From positions 1 through 39,626 of the forward strand of contig JBAXOY010000014.1 of NCBI GenBank assembly GCA_037133055.1: a DNA stretch of 39,626 nucleotides. Reading direction: 5' to 3'. A model generated the notes under the pieces. That model was not told the DNA's origin. It did not search any database and worked only from the letters and a program-made list of their open reading frames with translations. The DNA comes from Chlamydiota bacterium. GTDB taxonomy: Bacteria > Auribacterota > Tritonobacteria > UBA1439. Shown here piece by piece: positions 34,499-39,626 of the stretch; position 1 is the first letter of the stretch; each line of letters opens with the position of its first letter. The translations under genes were made by a program, and so were the position numbers.

Positions 34499-36460
34499 CT
34501 AGTCACCCTTTGTCCCCTGTCCCGCCTCTCCGTTCCGGTCAAGCCTCTCCACGGCGGGGGCGCCGAATTGCATCTTGGCCCTGTCGGGCGCGGGCTTTGC
34601 GAGAATATCCGCCTCGGTGTTTTTGATGAGTCTCTCCATCTCTTTCATCTCGTCGGCTGCTCCCGGCGTGGTCGTGCCCTTCCCCCTGGGCACGATGGTA
34701 ATCTTCCCCACCGTCCACATCTGCTTTGAACTCCTGTTGAGGTATGGCTGCTTGATATAGTCTATGGGCAGGGTCGGCTGCTCTTCGGTATAGATGCCGT
34801 CCGACCATTTGTAGGTGTTCACGTAGCGGGTGCTTCCGCTCAGCTCGTCCCGTGTCTTGAAGAGCCCCACGTTGACCAAATAGTTCCCCGGGGGGGCATC
34901 CTGGGGCACGGGGACGTAAATCGGGCCTTCCGTGTGCACCCGGCCGATCTCCCAGGTGCTCGTGGAGCGGAAAGGATTTCTTTCGACATGCATCGCAAAG
35001 TGAGGGGGGTCCTCGCGTATGACATGAATGTAGAGGGCGTAATCCTGACGGAACTTGTGCGCGATGGTGAAACTCACCCCCATCTTGATGGCGGTTCCCG
35101 GGAAGGCGGTCGCGGGGCACTCGAGGTTCTCGAACACCACGAACGGCTCGGACCAGTCCGGATTCTTGCCCTTCTCCGCGACGAGCTTTATGTCGTCGAT
35201 GATGCCGGTGAGGTACCATTCCTCGTTCTCGGGGAGCCCATGCGCCCAGAAGCCGAGGTGCCTCACGTCGCTGCTGTCGATCCGGGAAGCGATATCGGCG
35301 ACCGGCACGCGTATACGGTACACCGTGCCCTTCGACCCCTCGCTCGCGGGCGCCTCTTCCCCCTCCACCTCCCCGGATGCTCCTGCGTTCGGGGTCTGCT
35401 GCGGCCCCGTCACGGGCTTCCGCGCGGGAGAGAAATCCCTGTCCGTCGCAGCCCGGGCGGCATCGCCGTTTCCATCCCGTCTGTTTCCGGGGGGGCGGGC
35501 CCCCTTCTCCCCGTTCACCGCGGCGCCGGCGGCGACCGCCTGCACTTCCGCCCTATCCACGTTCTCGAACTTGACCTTCTCAAGTTCCGCGAGCGGGCGC
35601 TGGAACCTGGCTCCGCCTGCGTCCTTGATCTGGATCGAGATATGGCCCGCGTCGTAGGCCCCCGGGGAGAACTCGCCGCGGAAGAGGAACTCGAGATAGT
35701 CGTACTGATCCCAGTCGGTGTACTCGGGCGGGGCGCCATCGAAGAAGCTCTGGAGCATGGCGATGGGGAGGTACGCGTTTGCCGGGAACGCGAGACATCC
35801 CGAGTACTGCCCGTCGAGGGCCTCGCCGACGCCCACGAGCCCTATCTCGCCGCGCCTGCCCGACTCCCACTTCTTGACGTCCCCGAGGGTCTCGAAGTCG
35901 CTCAGCATGAGTTCCACCCGGCCGTCGTTCCTGACCTGTTTCGGCGCGGTGATCTCGACCGAACCCACGATCCAGTCCTTGATATCCTTGTTGGCGTACG
36001 GCTCGCGCATGTACATATTCTTGGCGGGGTCGGTGATGTAGAAAAGCCCCATCTGGATGAGGTACGTGCCCGGCGCGAGTCCGCGGGGGATTTCGATCGT
36101 CACGGGGCCGAGCTCCACGTCCTCGCCCACGATCCACCGCTGCGAGGGGATATGAGGGGCGTTGTCCGCGTTGAGGATGATGCCCTTCTGCTGCCACCCC
36201 TGGACGGGGTACTCCTTCATCACGGCATCGGGGCTGAGCAGGTGGAAGAAGACGCGCTCCTCGTCCCAGATGTTCTGCAGGGGCGTGACGAAGGCGACAA
36301 CTTTGAATTTGTCGCCCGCATCGGCCTTTTCGGGGGCGACAAGCTTGTTGAACTTGAAGCGGGGCTCTCCCGGCCGGAGGAGGCTCAACGGGGATGCAAC
36401 GCCGGCGCCGAGGACGAGCAGCGCGGCGGAGAGACACGCACCTCTCATCAGGAATGACAT
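34499..36460 (-). CDS. Exported hypothetical protein with two homologous Ig-like domains flanking a CBM-like beta-sandwich
   Basis: Signal-like MSFLMRGACLSAALLVLGAGVA after a GGAGAGGA RBS. Internal duplication (W..G....GP....P....PG.YL...GLF...PY.N...W.VG...I). Central LSDFE...DWDQYDYLEF...IDDIKLV. Confidence 0.78.
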   Translation of the reverse strand: MSFLMRGACLSAALLVLGAGVASPLSLLRPGEPRFKFNKLVAPEKADAGDKFKVVAFVTPLQNIWDEERVFFHLLSPDAVMKEYPVQGWQQKGIILNADNAPHIPSQRWIVGEDVELGPVTIEIPRGLAPGTYLIQMGLFYITDPAKNMYMREPYANKDIKDWIVGSVEITAPKQVRNDGRVELMLSDFETLGDVKKWESGRRGEIGLVGVGEALDGQYSGCLAFPANAYLPIAMLQSFFDGAPPEYTDWDQYDYLEFLFRGEFSPGAYDAGHISIQIKDAGGARFQRPLAELEKVKFENVDRAEVQAVAAGAAVNGEKGARPPGNRRDGNGDAARAATDRDFSPARKPVTGPQQTPNAGASGEVEGEEAPASEGSKGTVYRIRVPVADIASRIDSSDVRHLGFWAHGLPENEEWYLTGIIDDIKLVAEKGKNPDWSEPFVVFENLECPATAFPGTAIKMGVSFTIAHKFRQDYALYIHVIREDPPHFAMHVERNPFRSTSTWEIGRVHTEGPIYVPVPQDAPPGNYLVNVGLFKTRDELSGSTRYVNTYKWSDGIYTEEQPTLPIDYIKQPYLNRSSKQMWTVGKITIVPRGKGTTTPGAADEMKEMERLIKNTEADILAKPAPDRAKMQFGAPAVERLDRNGEAGQGTKGD

Positions 36461-36483
36461 AGTCGATTTCCTCTCCGCAAATA

Positions 36484-36513
36484 AGTGTACTCCAGCGCCG
36501 CGGGGGCGGTCAA
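36484..36513 (-). promoter_or_regulatory. Putative sigma70 promoter for the gene starting at 36460
   Basis: Minus strand TTGACC-18nt-TACACT, just upstream of the RBS. Confidence 0.55.
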
Positions 36514-36610
36514 CCGCCGCGCGCAGCTCTGCGGGCCGCAGGCCGTGTCCAGCCCCGATGCTCCCCGCCATCATGTGCCCGTAATCAAGACTCAGTCCGC
36601 GCGCGCGCAT
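36514..36610 (-). pseudogene. Possible 5' relic of glucose-6-phosphate isomerase
   Basis: Strong RBS GGGAGGAG, then MRARGLSLDYGHMMAGSIGAGHGLRPAEL. From memory this resembles the LDY.NMM...IG..HG....EL N-terminus of some bacterial PGIs; not verified by search. Confidence 0.4.
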
Positions 36611-36659
36611 CGCCGCCTCTCCTCCCGCCGCGTTCTCTTTACCGTGAGCCGCGTCCCTC

Positions 36660-36680
36660 CATCCTGAATCCTGAACCCTG
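36660..36680. repeat. Heptamer tandem (3 units) after ridA
   Basis: CATCCTG AATCCTG AACCCTG. Confidence 0.55.
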
Positions 36681-36685
36681 TTCCC

Positions 36686-37066
36686 TCAAAACGAGGCGAC
36701 CGCCTCGATCTCCAGATCCGCATCTCCGGGCAGGCGCAAGACCTCTACGCACGATCGCGCCGGCGGGCCCGAAGGGAAGTAGCGCGCGTACACGGCGTTG
36801 AACTCCTGAAGGTCCCCCATCGCCCTGAGGAAGACGGTTGTTTTGACGACGTCGGGAAAGTCGAGGCCCTGCGAGTGCAGGATGGCGCCGATGTTTTCGA
36901 GGACCCTCTTCGCCTGTGCCTCAACCCCCCCGTCCGTGAGTTCGCCGGTCCGGGGATCGATCGGGATCTGCCCCGAGATGAAAAGGAGATTGCCGGTCCG
37001 GACCGCCTGTGAATACGGCCCGGCCGGGCGCGTAGCTTTGTCCGTTCCGACGATCGTATGCGCCAT
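36686..37066 (-). CDS. RidA/YjgF family enamine deaminase
   Basis: Motifs GPYSQAV, FISGQIP, VVKTTVFL, FNAVY, PARSCV and EIEAVA. Confidence 0.93.
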   Translation of the reverse strand: MAHTIVGTDKATRPAGPYSQAVRTGNLLFISGQIPIDPRTGELTDGGVEAQAKRVLENIGAILHSQGLDFPDVVKTTVFLRAMGDLQEFNAVYARYFPSGPPARSCVEVLRLPGDADLEIEAVASF

Positions 37067-37145
37067 GGCGTCGACACCCTCCCCTTCCCGCGCCCGCCCG
37101 CGTCCCCCCCCGGGGCGCGGCGTGTGCGGGAACATGCGTCACCGA

Positions 37146-37973
37146 TCACGGGCCGTAGTAGACATAGGGCCGCGCGTAGTGGGAGTAGATATAGCGGTAG
37201 CGGTAGAGGTAGTACGGGATATAGCTCACCACGCAGGTGAGCACGGCGCCGATAGGCTTCGCCTGCGCCTCCGTGAGCAGCGAGTAGGCCCGCTCGATGT
37301 CGATCGCCTGCGTCCACCCGGCCCTGACGATGAGAAGGGTCCCATCCAGTTGTTTCCCGAGCACGCTCGAGTCCGTGACCGGGATGATCGGGGACACATC
37401 GAAGATTATAAAATCAAACTCCGACCTGAGGCGGGTCACCATCCTCCGCAGTCGCGAGGAGGAGAGAAGCTCCGAGGGATTCGCGGGGCCCTTGCCCGCG
37501 GGGATGGCATACAGCCCCCCCGCGATCGGGCGCTGGAGGAAATGATCGAGATCGAAGTCCTTGGTGAGGATCTCCGAGAGGCCCGGCTCCTTCGGAATCC
37601 CCAGGAGCTTGTGAATCGCGGGTTTGCGCATGTCGGAATCGATCAAAATGGTCTTCTTCTCCGGCTCCTGGGCCAGCGCAAAGGCGATGTTGCAGCTCGT
37701 GATCGTCTTTCCCTCCGAGTGGAGCGCGCTTGTGAGCTGGATGGCCTGCAGAGGCTTGTCGGGGGAGAGCGACAGAAGGTTGGTCCGTATTGTCCGGTAC
37801 TGCTCGGCGACGTGGCAGGAGGGGTCCGAGAAGACCACGATGCGGGAATCGATCCCCTCGTCGGTCGGGTCGGGGTCGGCGACGTACGACCGCGTGGTGA
37901 TCTCCTCCTGGAGGCTCTTCTTCTTCTCGAGGAAAAACGACTTTATCTTCCCGAGATCGAATGTTTCAGGCAT
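37146..37973 (-). CDS. CpsD/CapB-family bacterial tyrosine kinase (stand-alone cytoplasmic domain)
   Basis: EQYRTIRTNL, Walker A SEGKT, A' IDSDMRKP, GPANPSELL, Walker B IIFD, and a Tyr-rich C-terminus. Confidence 0.93.
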   Translation of the reverse strand: MPETFDLGKIKSFFLEKKKSLQEEITTRSYVADPDPTDEGIDSRIVVFSDPSCHVAEQYRTIRTNLLSLSPDKPLQAIQLTSALHSEGKTITSCNIAFALAQEPEKKTILIDSDMRKPAIHKLLGIPKEPGLSEILTKDFDLDHFLQRPIAGGLYAIPAGKGPANPSELLSSSRLRRMVTRLRSEFDFIIFDVSPIIPVTDSSVLGKQLDGTLLIVRAGWTQAIDIERAYSLLTEAQAKPIGAVLTCVVSYIPYYLYRYRYIYSHYARPYVYYGP

Positions 37974-37991
37974 AGGTCCGTCCCCCCGACG

Positions 37992-39575
37992 TCAGGCGGT
38001 GAGAATATATTTCGCCACCACCCCGAGGAATATGAAGATGATGAACACCAGCAGGCTCACGAGACCGAGCCTCTTCTTGGACTTGTTGAACTCGTCCTCC
38101 TCCACGGTAAGGATCCTGCTCACCGATCCGAGTATCGGGAGATCGATCGCCTGCCGCAGCTGGGATATCTCGCTGAACGAGTGATCGGTCGCCTCGGCGA
38201 TGAACACGAGCGCGCCCCCGAAAAAGATACCCGAGACGAGGCCGATGAGCGCGATCGCCTTGCGGTTCGGCTTGAACGGCTGGATCGGCACGCGGGGGCG
38301 CTCGTAGATCTCGAACCGCACCCCCTTCTCGATCGTCTCGAGCCGCTCGGTTATCTTCGCCGTTTCCAGCTTCTCGGTCAGGTCGAGGAAGCGCCTGTTA
38401 TAGATGCCGTAGCTCCGCTGAAGGTCGGTCATCTTGCGCTCCGTTTCGGGGATCTGCTGAACCTCGCGGTGGAAGTCCTTCATGTACAGCTCGGTGATCT
38501 CGAGCCTCTTCTTCAGCGCGGCGATCTCGGCTTCCGATTTCCCGATCTCGCGCTCGATCTGCTGGTAGTTCGGGTTGATGGCGCGCGTTTCCTGCTTGAC
38601 GGTCTCCTCGGTCATCTTCTCCAGCTCTTCCTGCGTCCTCTCGATCTGCTGCTGGAGCTGCTGGACGAGCGGGTGGTTTTCCGTGGAGTCGAGCTTGAGT
38701 TTGTGGAGCTCGATCCGCTTGTCCACGAGCGTCTTCTTCAGCTCCCTGACGATCGGGTTGATCTCCTGGATCCGCTCCGCGATGACGTATTTCTCGGTAC
38801 GTTTCAGCTCCTGCCTGAGCTGTTCCTGTCCGGTCGTGAGTTCCTGGAGCTTTATGCGGGCCTCGACAAGGTTTATCTGGTAGTTCGTGTAGCGGAGCAG
38901 GTTGACGTTGGCGGCATCGCTCACCCCGAGCTTCTCGCCGAGCTCCCGGGAGGCCGCGATGGAAAGTATGCGCTGGTTCTCCTGCTTGAAGGTGGTGAGG
39001 TTCTTTTCGGACTCCTCGAGCTTCTGGCGGTAGATCGACCTCTGGCTCTCGAGAAACTCGATCCCGATGCTCGTTTCCCGCCTCTCGATGTCGAGGTTCT
39101 CCTTGATGAAAAGATCGGTCAAAAGCTCGGCGATCTTCTGGCACGTGACCGGGTCATAGTGCTCGCACCAGATGCTGAAAAAATTCCCCCCCGCCCGCAT
39201 GTCGACGCCGATCGACTCGCGAATGGAGCTGATGAGCTCCTCCATTCCCCAGTCGTCTTTGAGCTGCGCGTCGAGCCCGAGGCTCCGGATCACCGACACG
39301 AGCCGGGAGCGGCTGGTGAGCTTCTCGCGGATCACCGGGAGGCGGTCTTTGACCGGGGTGACCGCGGTCACCCCCTTCAGATGAGGGTTATCGCTCTGCT
39401 CCTCCTTCAGGCCGAGGATCGCCTCGGACCGGTACCTCGGAGGGAGCACAAAGCCCACCCCGATCGAGACCGAAACGAACACGATCACCGGCACAAGGAA
39501 GAGCCATTTGCGCCTGAAGACGACTTCGATATAACTTCTCGCGGCGCCGGTTACCGCCGCAGGATTGACAACCAT
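37992..39575 (-). CDS. Polysaccharide co-polymerase / chain-length determinant (Wzz/GumC-like)
   Basis: N- and C-terminal TMs, LPPRYRSEA, long coiled coil with ENHPLV, FEIYERPRVPIQPFKPNR and LPILGSV. Confidence 0.92.
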   Translation of the reverse strand: MVVNPAAVTGAARSYIEVVFRRKWLFLVPVIVFVSVSIGVGFVLPPRYRSEAILGLKEEQSDNPHLKGVTAVTPVKDRLPVIREKLTSRSRLVSVIRSLGLDAQLKDDWGMEELISSIRESIGVDMRAGGNFFSIWCEHYDPVTCQKIAELLTDLFIKENLDIERRETSIGIEFLESQRSIYRQKLEESEKNLTTFKQENQRILSIAASRELGEKLGVSDAANVNLLRYTNYQINLVEARIKLQELTTGQEQLRQELKRTEKYVIAERIQEINPIVRELKKTLVDKRIELHKLKLDSTENHPLVQQLQQQIERTQEELEKMTEETVKQETRAINPNYQQIEREIGKSEAEIAALKKRLEITELYMKDFHREVQQIPETERKMTDLQRSYGIYNRRFLDLTEKLETAKITERLETIEKGVRFEIYERPRVPIQPFKPNRKAIALIGLVSGIFFGGALVFIAEATDHSFSEISQLRQAIDLPILGSVSRILTVEEDEFNKSKKRLGLVSLLVFIIFIFLGVVAKYILTA

Positions 39576-39626
39576 ACTGCCCTGCCTGCCCCGCGCCGGG
39601 GCGTTTCAGGGGAAACGTAGCTGCAC

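Noticed and set aside
36843..39620. 925-aa plus-strand ORF
   Set aside because: Antisense to ridA, the kinase and the co-polymerase; no recognisable domains.
39576..39626. 3' end of an upstream minus-strand gene (possibly ...VQLRFP-stop)
   Set aside because: Too little sequence to establish frame or identity.

Overview
High-GC bacterial chromosomal segment with three parts; the gene order suggests an anaerobic, probably diderm, non-proteobacterial lineage (inference). (1) Positions 1-21115 hold a mostly minus-strand housekeeping run: thrS, infC-rpmI-rplT, pheST, rarA, 5-formyl-THF cyclo-ligase, rny, ymdB, xseAB, dxs, tlyA, nadK, a four-gene 2-oxoacid:ferredoxin oxidoreductase and gltX (partial). 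An opposite-strand nikR sits between thrS and infC. (2) Positions 21301-23571 are a visibly less GC-rich module: an orphan NtrC-type sigma54 activator, phased TGTCCC repeats, a -24/-12 promoter and an unknown secreted protein with two CxxC motifs. (3) Positions 23816-39575 are a cell-envelope/glycan region: an NHL-CsgG-like-6xFN3 lipoprotein, a GT-C glycosyltransferase, a DHH phosphoesterase, a membrane coiled-coil protein, a priming sugar transferase, a polysaccharide deacetylase, a degenerate metallophosphoesterase, an exported protein, RidA, a split BY-kinase and its co-polymerase. The most striking unexplained structure is non-coding: many gene junctions carry short-period (7, 8 or 9 bp) tandem arrays. 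These include three copies of an ~85-bp element made of 4 octamers, a conserved spacer and 4 inverted octamers. No rRNA, tRNA, CRISPR array or transposase was seen. All calls come from reading motifs by eye, with no database searches.
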